Assembly (NCBI GenBank): GCA_964016885.1 | Contig: OZ024744.1 | Coordinates: forward strand, 22,320,001-22,384,000 | Direction: 5' to 3' | Source of the DNA: Eledone cirrhosa | Lineage: Eukaryota | DNA: 64,000 bases | In this document: one piece after another, positions 1-12,399 of the stretch | Layout of the letters: the number at the start of each line of letters is the position of its first letter | Numbering within the stretch: the stretch's first letter is position 1 | Position numbers and translations under genes: made by a program | The notes under the pieces: generated by a model | Database searches by the model: none | The model's input: the letters and a program-made list of their open reading frames with translations, nothing else | What the model was told of the DNA's origin: nothing

Positions 1-199
1 TGACATATATAACATAGAGTGAGATGTTTTCGTGGTGGTCAGTTAGGTTGATATAGATAACATAGAGTGAGATGTTGTCGTGGTGGTCAGTTACGTTGAC
101 ATAGATAACATAGGTTGGATGTTGTCGTGGTGGTCAGTTAGGTTGACATAGATAACATAGAGTGAGATGTTGTCGTGGTGGTCTGTTAGGTTGACATAG

Positions 200-2340
200 A
201 TAACATAGAGTGAGATGTTGTCGTGGTGGTCAGATAGGTTGACATAGATAACATAGAGTGAGATGTTGTCGTGGTGGTCAGTTAGGTTGACATAGATAAC
301 ATAGGTGGGATGTTGTCATGTTCAGTTAGGTTGCCATAGATAACATAGAGTGAGATGATGTCGTGGTGGTCAGTTAGTTTGACATTGATAACATAGAGTG
401 AGATGTTGTCGTGGTGGTCAGTTAGGTTGACATAGATAACATAGAGTGGGATGTTTTCGTGGTCGGTTAGGTTGACATACATAACATAGAGTGAGATGTT
501 GTCGTGGTGGTCAGTTAGGTTGACATAGATAACATAGGTGAGATGTTGTCGTGGTGGTCAGTTAGGTTGATATAGATAACATAGAGTGAGATGTTGTCGT
601 GGTGGTCAGTTAGGTTGACATAGATAACATAGGTGGGCTGTTGTCGAGTTGGTCAGTTAGGTTGACATAGATAACATAGAGTGAGATGTTGTCGTGGTGG
701 TCAGTTAGCTTGACATAGATAACATAGAGTGAGATCTTGTCGTGGTTGTCAGTTAGGTTGACATAGATAACATAGAGTGAGATGTTGTCGTGGTGGTCAG
801 TTAGCTTGACATAGATAACATAGAGTGAGATGTTGTCGTGGTTGTCAGTTAGGTTGACATAGATAACATAGAGTGAGATGTTGTCGTGGTGGTCAGTTAG
901 GTTGACATAGATAACATAGGTGGGATGTTGTCGTGGTGGTCAGTTAGGTTGACATAGATAACATAGGTGGGATGTTGTCGTGGTCAGTTTAGTTGACGTA
1001 TATAACATAGGTGGGATGTTGTCGTGGTCAGTTAGGTTGACATAGATAACATAGAGTGAGATGTTGTCGTGGTGGTCAGTTAGGTTTACATAGATAACAT
1101 AGGTGGGATGTTGTCGTGGTCAGTTAGGTTGACATAGATAACATAGAGTGAGATGTTGTCGTCGTGGTCAGTTAGGCTGACATAGAGAGAATAGAGTGAG
1201 ATGTTGTCGTGGTCAGTTAGGTTGACATAGATAACATAGAGTGAGATGTTGTCGTGGTGGTCAGTTTGGTTGACATAGATAACATAGGTGGGATGTTGTC
1301 GTGGTGGTCAGTTACGTTGACATAGATAACATAGGTGAGATGTTGTCGTGGTGGTCAGTTAGGTTGACATAGATAACAGAGTGAGATGTTGTCGTGGTGG
1401 TCAGTTAGGTTGACATAGATAACATAGAGTGAGATGTTGTCGTGTTGGTCAGATAGGTTGACATAGATAACATAGAGTGAGATGTTGCCGTGGTGGTCAG
1501 TTAGGTTGACATAGATAACATAGGTGGGATGTTGTCATGTTCAGTTAGGTTGCCATAGATAACATAGAGTGAGATGATGTCGTGGTGGTCAGTTAGTTTG
1601 ACATTGATAACATAGAGTGAGATGTTGTCGTGGTGGTCAGTTAGGTTGACATAGATAACATAGAGTGGGATGTTTTCGTGGTCGGTTAGGTTGACATACA
1701 TAACATAGAGTGAGATGTTGTCGTGGTGGTCAGTTAGGTTGACATAGATAACATAGGTGAGATGTTGTCGTGGTGGTCAGTTAGGTTGATATAGATAACA
1801 TAGAGTGAGATGTTGTCGTGGTGGTCAGTTAGGTTGACATAGATAACATAGGTGGGCTGTTGTCGAGTTGGTCAGTTAGGTTGACATAGATAACATAGGT
1901 GGGATGTTGTCGTGGTGGTCAGTTAGGTTGACATTGATAACATAGAGTGAGATGTTGTCGTGGTGGTCAGTTAGGTTGACATAGATAACATAGAGTGAGA
2001 TGTTGTCGTGGTTGTCAGTTAGGTTGACATAGATAACATAGAGTGAGATGTTGTCGTGGTGGTCAGTTAGGTTGACATAGATAACATAGGTGGGATGTTG
2101 TCGTGGTGGTCAGTTAGGTTGACATAGATAACATAGGTGGGATGTTGTCGTGGTCAGTTTAGTTGACATATATAACATAGGTGGGATGTTGTCGTGGTCA
2201 GTTAGGTTGACATAGATAACATAGAGTGAGATGTTGTCGTGGTGGTCAGTTAGGTTTACATAGATAACATAGGTGGGATGTTGTCGTGGTCAGTTAGGTT
2301 GACATAGATAACATAGAGTGAGATGTTGTCGTCGTGGTCA
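200..2340 (+). repeat. Higher-order tandem duplication, period about 1219 bp (second copy diverges or is truncated)
   Basis: Identical ORFs at 282 and 1501 (offset 1219). The same order of rare variants (cagatagg, gtcatgttcag, gttgcc, gggctgttgtcgagtt, gtttagttgac, gtttac) occurs in both copies. Confidence 0.75.
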
Positions 2341-3719
2341 GTTTGGTTGACATAGATAACATAGGTGGGATGTTGTCGTGGTGGTCAGTTACGTTGACAT
2401 AGATAACATAGGTGAGATGTTGTCGTGGTGGTCAGTTAGGTTAACATAGATAACATAGAGTGAGATGTTGTCGTGGTGGTCAGTTAGGTTGACATAGATA
2501 ACATAGGTGGGATGTTGTCGTGGTGGTCAGTTAGGTTGACATAGATAACATAGGTGGGATGTTTTCGTGGTCGGTTAGGTTGACATACATAACATAGAGT
2601 GAGATGTTGTCGTGGTGGTCAGTTAGGTTGACATAGAGAGAATAGAGTGAGATGTTGTCGTGGTCAGTTAGGTTGACATAGATAACATAGAGTGAGATGT
2701 TGTCGTGGTGGTCAGTTAGGTTGACATAGATAACATAGGTGGGATGTTGTCGTGGTGGTCAGTTAGGTTGACATAGATAACATAGGTGGGATGTTGTCGT
2801 GGTCAGTTTAGTTGACGTATATAACATAGGTGGGATGTTGTCGTGGTCAGTTAGGTTGACATAGATAACATAGAGTGAGATGTTGTCGTGGTGGTCAGTT
2901 AGGTTTACATAGATAACATAGGTGGGATGTTGTCGTGGTCAGTTAGGTTGACATAGATAACATAGAGTGAGATGTTGTCGTCGTGGTCAGTTAGGCTGAC
3001 ATAGAGAGAATAGAGTGAGATGTTGTCGTGGTCAGTTAGGTTGACATAGATAACATAGGTGGGATGTTGTCATGTTCAGTTAGGTTGCCATAGATAACAT
3101 AGAGTGAGATGATGTCGTGGTGGTCAGTTAGTTTGACATTGATAACATAGAGTGAGATGTTGTCGTGGTGGTCAGTTAGGTTGACATAGATAACAAAGGT
3201 GAGATGTTGTCGTGGTGGTCAGTTAGGTTGATATAGATAACATAGAGTGAGATGTTGTCGTGGTGGTCAGTTAGGTTGACATAGATAACATAGGTGGGCT
3301 GTTGTCGAGTTGGTCAGTTAGGTTGACATAGATAACATAGGTGGGATGATGTCGTGGTGGTCAGTTAGGTTGACATAGATAACATAGAGTGAGATGTTGT
3401 CGTGGTGGTCAGTTAGGTTGACATAGATAACATAGAGTGAGATGTTGTCGTGGTGGTCAGTTAGGTTGACATAGATAACATAGGTGGGATGTTGTCGTGG
3501 TCAGTTTAGTTGACATATATAACATAGGTGGGATGTTGTCGTGGTCAGTTAGGTTGACATAGATAACATAGAGTGAGATGTTGTCGTGGTGGTCAGTTAG
3601 GTTTACATAGATAACATAGGTGGGATGTTGTCGTGGTCAGTTAGGTTGACATAGATAACATAGAGTGAGATGTTGTCGTCGTGGTCAGTTAGGCTGACAT
3701 AGAGAGAATAGAGTGAGAT

Positions 3720-4845
3720 GTTGTCGTGGTCAGTTAGGTTGACATAGATAACATAGAGTGAGATGTTGTCGTGGTCGTCAGTTTGGTTGACATAGATAAC
3801 ATAGGTGGGATGTTGTCGTGGTGGTCAGTTACGTTGACATAGATAACATAGGTGAGATGTTGTCGTGGTGGTCAGTTAGGTTGACATAGATAACATAGAG
3901 TGAGATGTTGTCGTTGTGGTCAGTTAGGTTGACATAGATAACATAGAGTAAGATGTTGTCGTGGTGGTCAGATAGCTGGACATAGATAACATAGGTGGGA
4001 TGTTGTCGTGGTGGTCAGTTAGGTTGACATAGATAACATTGGTGAAATGTTGTCGTGGTGGTCAGTTAGGTTGACATAGATAAAATTGGTGAGATGTTGT
4101 CGTGGTGGTCAGTTAGGTTGACACAGATAACATAGGTGGGATGTTGTCGTGGTGGTCAGTTAGGTTGACATAGATAACATAGAGTGAGATGTTGTCGTGG
4201 TGGTCAGGTAGGTTGACATAGATAACATAGGTGGGATGTTGTTGTGGTGGTCAGTTAGGTTGACATAGATAACATTGGTGGGATGTTGTCGTGGTGGTCA
4301 GTTAGGTTGACATAGATAACATAGAGTGAGATGTTGTCGTGGTCGTCAGTTTGGTTGACATAGATAACATAGGTGGGATGTTGTCGTGGTGGTCAGTTAC
4401 GTTGACATAGATAACATAGGTGAGATGTTGTCGTGGTGGTCAGTTAGGTTGACATAGATAACATAGAGTGAGATGTTGTCGTTGTGGTCAGTTAGGTTGA
4501 CATAGATAACATAGAGTAAGATGTTGTCGTGGTGGTCAGATAGCTGGACATAGATAACATAGGTGGGATGTTGTCGTGGTGGTCAGTTAGGTTGACATAG
4601 ATAACATTGGTGAAATGTTGTCGTGGTGGTCAGTTAGGTTGACATAGATAAAATTGGTGAGATGTTGTCGTGGTGGTCAGTTAGGTTGACACAGATAACA
4701 TAGGTGGGATGTTGTCGTGGTGGTCAGTTAGGTTGACATAGATAACATAGAGTGAGATGTTGTCGTGGTGGTCAGGTAGGTTGACATAGATAACATAGGT
4801 GGGATGTTGTTGTGGTGGTCAGTTAGGTTGACATAGATAACATTG
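3720..4845 (+). repeat. Higher-order tandem duplication, period 568 bp (about 12 monomers)
   Basis: Markers gtggtcgtcagtttgg at 3771/4339 and gatagctgga at 3971/4539, both offset 568. Confidence 0.85.
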
Positions 4846-7609
4846 GTGTGTTGTTGTAGTGGTGGTCAGTTAGGTTGACATAGATAACATTTGTGAGATG
4901 TTGTCATGGTGGTCAGTTAGGTTGACACAGATAACATAGTTGGGATGTTGTCGTGGTGGTCATTTAGGTTGACATAGATAACATAGAGTGAGATGTTGTC
5001 GTGGTGGTCAGTTAGGTTGACATAGATAACATAGAGTGAGATGTTGTCGTGGTGGTCAGTTAGGTTGACATAGATAACATAGAGTGAGATGTTGTCGTGG
5101 TCAGTTAGGTTGACATAGATAACATAGGTGGGATGTTGACATGGTCATTTAGGTTGACATAGATAACATAGAGTGAGATGTTGTCGTGGTGGTCAGTTAG
5201 ATCGACATGGATAACATAGAGTGACATGTTGTCGTGGTGGTCAGTTAGGTTGACATATATAACATAGAGTGAGATGTTTTCGTGGTGGTCAGTTAGGTTG
5301 ACATAGATAACATAGAGTGAGATGTTGTCGTGGTGGTCAGTTAGGTTGACATAGATAACATAGGTTGGATGTTGTCGTGGTGGTCAGTTAGGTTGACATA
5401 GATAACATAGAGTGAGATGTTGTCATGGTGGTCAGTTAGCTTGACATAGATAACATAGAGTGAGGTGTTGTCGTGGTGGTCAGTTAGGTCGACATAGATA
5501 ACATAGAGTGACATGTTGTCGTGGTGGTCAGTTAGGTTGACATATAACATAGAGTGAGATGTTGTCGTGGTGGTCAGTTAGGTTGACGTAGATAACATAG
5601 AGTGAGATGTTGTCGTGGTGGTCAGTTAGGTTGACATAGATAACATGGAGTGAGATGTTGTCGTGGTGGTCAGTTAGCTTGACATAGATAACATAGAGTG
5701 AGATGTTGTCGTGGTGGTCAGTTAGGTTGACATAGATAACATAGGGTGAGATGTTGTCGTGGTGGTCAGTTAGGTTGACATAGATAACATAGGGTGAGAT
5801 GTTGTCGTGGTGGTCAGTTAGGTTGACATAGATAACATAGGTGGGATGTTGTCGTGGTGGTCAGTTAGTTTGACATAGAGAACATAGGTGAGATGTTGTC
5901 GTGGTGGTCAGTTAGGTTGACATAGATAACATAGAGTGAGATGTTGTCGTGGTGGTCAGTTAGGTTGACATAGATAACATAGAGTGAGATGTTGTCGTGG
6001 TGGTCAGTTAGGTTGACATAGATAACATAGGTGGGATGTTGTCGTAGTGGTCAGTTAGGTTGACATAGATAACATAGAGTGAGATGTTGTCGTGGTGGTC
6101 TTTTAGTATGACATTGATAACATAGGTGGGATGTTGTCGTGGTGGTCTGTTAGGTTGATATAGATAACATAGAGTGAAATTTTGTCGTGGTGGTCAGTTA
6201 CGTTGACATAGATAACATAGGTGGGATGTTGTCGTGGTGGTCAGTTAGGTTGACATAGATAACATAAAGTGAGATGTTGTCGTGGTGGTCAGTTAGGTTG
6301 ACATAGATAACATAGAGTGAGATGTTGTCCTGGTGGTCAGTTAGGTTGACATAGATAACATGGAGTGAGATGTTGTCGTGGTGGTCAGTTAGGTTGACAT
6401 AAATAACATAGGGTGAGATGTTGTCGTGGTGGTCAGTTAGGTTGACATAGATAACATAGGGTGAGATGTCGTCGTGGTGGTCAGTTAGGTTGACATAGAT
6501 AACATAGGTGGGATGTTGTCATGGTCAGTTAGGTTGACATAGATAACATAGGTGGGATGTTGTCCTGGTGGTCAGTTAGGTTGACATAGATAACATAGAG
6601 TGACATGTTGTCGTGGTGGTCAGTTAGGTTGATATATATAACATAGAGTGAGATGTTGTCGTGGTGGTCAGTTAGATCGACATGGATAACATAGAGTGAC
6701 ATGTTGTCGTGGTGGTCAGTTAGGTTGACATATATAACATAGAGTGAGATGTTTTCGTGGTGTTCAGTTAGGTTGACATAGATAACATACAGTGAGATGT
6801 TGTCGTGGTGGTAAGTTAGGTTGACATAGATAACATAGGTTGGATGTTGTCGTGGTGGTCAGTTAGCTTGACATAGATAACATAGAGTGAGGTGTTGTCG
6901 TGGTGGTCAGTTAGGTCGACATAGATAACATAGAGTGACATGTTGTCGTGGTGGTCAGTTAGGTTGACGTAGATAACATAGAGTGAGATGTTGTCGTGGT
7001 CGTCAGTTAGGTTGACATAGATAACATAGAGTGAGATGTTGTCGTGGTGGTCAGTTAGGTTGACATAGATAACATAGAGTGAGATGTTGTCGTGGTGGTC
7101 AGATAGGTTGACATAGATAACATAGAGTGAGATGTTGTCGTGGTGGTCAGTTAGGTTGACATAGATAACATAGGTGGGATGTTGTCATGGTCAGTTAGGT
7201 TGCCATAGATAACATAGAGTGAGATGATGTCGTGATGGTCAGTTAGTTTGACATTGATAAGATAGAGTGAGATGTTGTCGTGGTGGTCAGTTAGGTTGAC
7301 ATAGATAACATAGGTGAGATGTTGTCGTGGTGGTCAGTTAGGTTGACATAGATAACATGGAGTGAGATGTTGTCGTGGTGGTCAGTTAGGTTGACATAGA
7401 TAACATAGGGTGAGATGTTGTCGTGGTGGTCAGTTAGGTTGACATAGATAACATAGAGTGAGATGTTGTCGTGGTGGTCAGTTAGGTTGACATAGATAAC
7501 ATGGAGTGAGATGTTGTCGTGGTGGTCAGTTAGGTTGACATAGATAACATAGGGTGAGATGTTGTCGTGGTGGTCAGTTAGGTTGACATAGATAACATAG
7601 AGTGAGATG

Positions 7610-9805
7610 TTGTCGTGGTGGTCAGTTAGGTTGACATAGATAACATGGAGTGAGATGTTGTCGTGGTGGTCAGTTAGGTTGACATAGATAACATAGGGTG
7701 AGATGTTGTCGTGGTGGTCAGTTAGGTTGACATAGATAACATAGGGTGAGATGTTGTCGTGGTGGTCAGTTAGGTTGAAATAGATAACATAGGTGGGATG
7801 TTGTCATGGTCAGTTAGGTTGACATAGATAACATATGTGGGATGTTGTCCTGGTGGTCAGTTAGGTTGACATACATAACTTAGAGTGAGATGTTGTCGTG
7901 GTGGTCAGTTAGGTTGACATAGATAACATATTTGAGATGTTGTCGCGGTCGGTTAGGTTGACATAGATAACATAGAGTGAGATGTTGTCGTGGTGGTCAG
8001 TTAGGTTGACATAGATAACATAGGTGGGATGTTGTCGTGGTCAGTTAGATTGACATAGATAACATAGGTGGGATGTTGTCGTGGTCAGTTAGGTTGATAT
8101 AGATAAAATTGAGTGAGATGTTGTCGTCGTGGTCAGTTAGGTTGACATAGATAATATAGAGTGAGATGTTGTCGTGGTCAGTTAGGTTGACATATATAAC
8201 ATAGAGTGAGATGTTGTCGTGGTGGTCAGTTAGGTTGACATCGATAACATAGGTGGGATGTTGTCGTGGTGGTCAGTTAGGTTGACATAGATAACATAGA
8301 GTGAGATGTTGTCGTGGTGGTCTTTTAGGTTGACATTGATAACATAGGTGGAATGTTGTCGTGGTGGTCAGTTAGGTTGATATAGATAACATAGAGTGAG
8401 ATGTTGTCGTGGTGGTCAGTTACGTTGACATAGATAACATAGGTGGGATGTTGTCGTGGTGGTCAGTTAGGTTGACATAGTCAACATAGGTTGGATATTG
8501 TCGTGGTAGTCAGTTAGGTTGACATAGATAACATAGAGTGAGATGTTGTCGTGGTGGTCAGTTAGCTTGACATAGATAACATAGAGTGAGATGTTGTCGT
8601 GGTGGTCAGTTAGGTTGACATAGATAACATAGAGTGAGATGTTGTCGTGGTGGTCAGTTAGGTTGACATAGATAACATGGAGTAAGATGTTGTCGTGGTG
8701 GTCAGTTAGGTTGACATAGATAACATGGAGTGAGATGTTGTCGTGGTGGTCAGTTAGGTTGACATAGATAACATAGGGTGAGATGTTGTCGTGGTGGTCA
8801 GTTAGGTTGACATAGATAACATAGGGTGAGATGTTGTCGTGGTGGTCAGTTAGGTTGAAATAGATAACATAGGTGGGATGTTGTCATGGTCAGTTAGGTT
8901 GACATAGATAACATATGTGGGATGTTGTCCTGGTGGTCAGTTAGGTTGACATACATAACTTAGAGTGAGATGTTGTCGTGGTGGTCAGTTAGGTTGACAT
9001 AGATAACATATTTGAGATGTTGTCGCGGTCGGTTAGGTTGACATAGATAACATAGAGTGAGATGTTGTCGTGGTGGTCAGTTAGGTTGACATAGATAACA
9101 TAGGTGGGATGTTGTCGTGGTCAGTTAGATTGACATAGATAACATAGGTGGGATGTTGTCGTGGTCAGTTAGGTTGATATAGATAAAATTGAGTGAGATG
9201 TCGTCGTCGTGGTCAGTTAGGTTGACATAGATAATATAGAGTGAGATGTTGTCGTGGTCAGTTAGGTTGACATATATAACATAGAGTGAGATGTTGTCGT
9301 GGTGGTCAGTTAGGTTGACATCGATAACATAGGTGGGATGTTGTCGTGGTGGTCAGTTAGGTTGACATAGATAACATAGAGTGAGATGTTGTCGTGGTGG
9401 TCTTTTAGGTTGACATTGATAACATAGGTGGAATGTTGTCGTGGTGGTCAGTTAGGTTGATATAGATAACATAGAGTGAGATGTTGTCGTGGTGGTCAGT
9501 TACGTTGACATAGATAACATAGGTGGGATGTTGTCGTGGTGGTCAGTTAGGTTGACATAGTCAACATAGGTTGGATATTGTCGTGGTAGTCAGTTAGGTT
9601 GACATAGATAACATAGAGTGAGATGTTGTCGTGGTGGTCAGTTAGCTTGACATAGATAACATAGAGTGAGATGTTGTCGTGGTGGTCAGTTAGGTTGACA
9701 TAGATAACATAGAGTGAGATGTTGTCGTGGTGGTCAGTTAGGTTGACATAGATAACATGGAGTAAGATGTTGTCGTGGTGGTCAGTTAGGTTGACATAGA
9801 TAACA
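7610..9805 (+). repeat. Higher-order tandem duplication, period 1080 bp (about 23 monomers)
   Basis: Printed lines 7621-8700 match lines 8701-9780 in register, including private variants (cataacttag, gataaaattgag, gtcaacatagg). I noticed one mismatch, at 8122 vs 9202. Confidence 0.92.
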
Positions 9806-12399
9806 TAGGGTGAGATGTTGTCGTGGTGGTCAGTTAGGTTGACATAGATAACATAGGGTGAGATGTCGTCGTGGTGGTCAGTTAGGTTGACATAGATAAC
9901 ATAGGTGGTATGTTGTCATGGTCAGTTAGGTTGACATAGATAACATAGGTGGGATGTTGTCCTGGTGGTCAGTTAGGTTGACATAGATAACATAGAGTGA
10001 GATGTTGTCGTGGTGGTCAGTTAGGTTGATATACATAACATAGAGTGAGATGTTGTCGTGGTGGTCAGTTAGGTTGACATAGATAACATAGGTGGTATGT
10101 TGTCGTGGTCAGTTAGATTGACATAGATAACATAGGTGGGATGTTGTCGTGGTCAGTTAGGTTGACATAGATAACATTGAGTGAGATGTTGTCGTCGTGG
10201 TCAGTTAGGTTGACATAGATAACATAGGTGGGATGTTGTCGTGGTGGTCAGTTAGTTTGACATAGAGAACATAGGTGAGATGTTGTCGTGGTGGTCAGTT
10301 AGGTTGACATAGATAACATAGAGTGAGATGTTGTCGTGGTGGTCAGTTATGTTGACATAGATAACATAGAGTGAGATGTTGTCGTGGTGGTCAGTTAGGT
10401 TGACATAGATAACATAGGTGGGATGTTGTCGTGGTGGTCAGTTAGGTTGACATAGATAACATAGAGTGAGATGTTGTCGTGGTGGTCTTTTAGGTTGACA
10501 TTGATAACATAGGTGGGATGTTGTTGTGGTGTTCAGTTAGGTTGACATAGATAACATAGATGGGATGTTGTCGTGGTGGTCAGTTAGGTTGACATAGATA
10601 ACATAGGTGGGATGTTGTCGTGGTGGTCAGTTACGTTGACATAGATAACATAGAGTGATATGTTGTCGTGGTGGTCAGTTAGGTTGACATAGATAACAGA
10701 GTGATATGTTGTCGTGGTGGTCAGTTAGGTTGACATAGATAATATTGGTGGGATGTTGTCGTGGTCAGTTAGGTTGACAGATAATATTGGTGGGATGTTG
10801 TCGTGGTCAGTTAGGTTGACATAGATAACATAGAGTGAGATGTTGTCGTGGTGGTCAGTTCGGTTGACATAGATAACATAGAGTGAGATGTTGTCGTGGT
10901 GGTCAGTTAGGTTGACATAGATAACATAGAGTGAGATGTTGTCGTGGTGGTCAGTTAGGTTGACATAGATAACATAGAGTGAGATGTTGTCGTGGTCAGT
11001 TAGGTTGACATAGATAACATAGGTGGGATGTTGTCGTGGTCAGTTAGGTTGACATAGATAACATAGGTGGGATGTTGCCGTGGTGGTCAGTTAGGTTGAC
11101 ATAGATTACATAGGTGGGATGTTGACATGGTCAGTTAGGTTGACATAGATAACATAGAGTGAGATGTTGTCGTGGTGGTCAGTTAGGTTGGCATAGATAC
11201 CATAGAGTGAGATGTTGTCGTGGTGGTCAGTTAGGTTGACATAGATAACATATGTGGGATGTTGTCATGGTCAGTTAGGTTGCCATAGATAACATAGAGT
11301 GAGATGATGTCGTGATGGTCAGTTAGTTTGACATTGATAACATAGAGTGAGATGTTGTCGTGGTGGTCAGTTAGGTTGACATAGATAACATAGGTGAGAT
11401 GTTGTCGTGGTGGTCAGTTAGGTTGACATAGATAACATAGGTGGGATGTTGTCGTGGTGGTCAGTTAGGTTGACATAGATAATATAGGTTGGATATTGTC
11501 GTGGTAGTCAGTTATGTTGACATAGATAACATAGAGTGAGATGTTGTCGTGGTGGTCAGTTAGGTTGACATAGATAACATAGAGTGAGATGTTGTCGTGG
11601 TGGTCAGTTAGGTTGACATAGATAACATAGGTGGGATGTTGTCGTGGTGGTCAGTTAGTTTGACATAGAGAACATAGGTGAGATGTTGTCGTGGTGGTCA
11701 GTTAGGTTGACATAGATAACATAGAGTGAGATGTTGTCGTGGTGGTCAGTTAGGTTGACATAGATAACATAGAGTGAGATGTTGTCGTGGTGGTCAGTTA
11801 GGTTGACATCGATAACATAGGTGGGATGTTGTCGTGGTGGTCAGTTAGGTTGACATAGATAACATAGAGTGAGATGTTGTCGTGGTGGTCTTTTAGGTTG
11901 ACATTGATAACATAGGTGGAATGTTGTCGTGGTGGTCAGTTAGGTTGATATAGATAACATAGAGTGAGATGTTGTCGTGGTGGTCAGTTACGTTGACATA
12001 GATAACATAGGTGGGATGTTGTCGTGGTGGTCAGTTAGGTTGACATAGATAACATAGGTTGGATATTGTCGTGGTAGTCAGTTAGGTTGACATAGATAAC
12101 ATAGAGTGAGATGTTGTCGTGGTGGTCAGTTAGCTTGACATAGATAACATAGAGTGAGATGTTGTCGTGGTGGTCAGTTAGGTTGACATAGATAACATAG
12201 AGTGAGATGTTGTCGTGGTGGTCAGTTAGGTTGACATAGATAACATGGAGTGAGATGTTGTCGTGGTGGTCAGTTAGGTTGACATAGATAACATAGGGTG
12301 AGATGTTGTCGTGGTGGTCAGTTAGGTTGACATAGATAACATAGGGTGAGATGTCGTCGTGGTGGTCAGTTAGGTTGACATAGATAACATAGGTGGTAT

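Noticed and set aside
132-149. Second inverted repeat GTCA-N7-TGAC as a hairpin or dimeric transcription-factor site
   Set aside because: Only 4 Watson-Crick pairs, which is expected by chance. The half-sites do not match a specific consensus well enough to call.
901-1030. G-quadruplex-forming region in 47-bp monomers
   Set aside because: There is only one GGG per monomer and otherwise GG tracts, so at best weak two-tetrad structures. It does not meet the canonical G3 motif.
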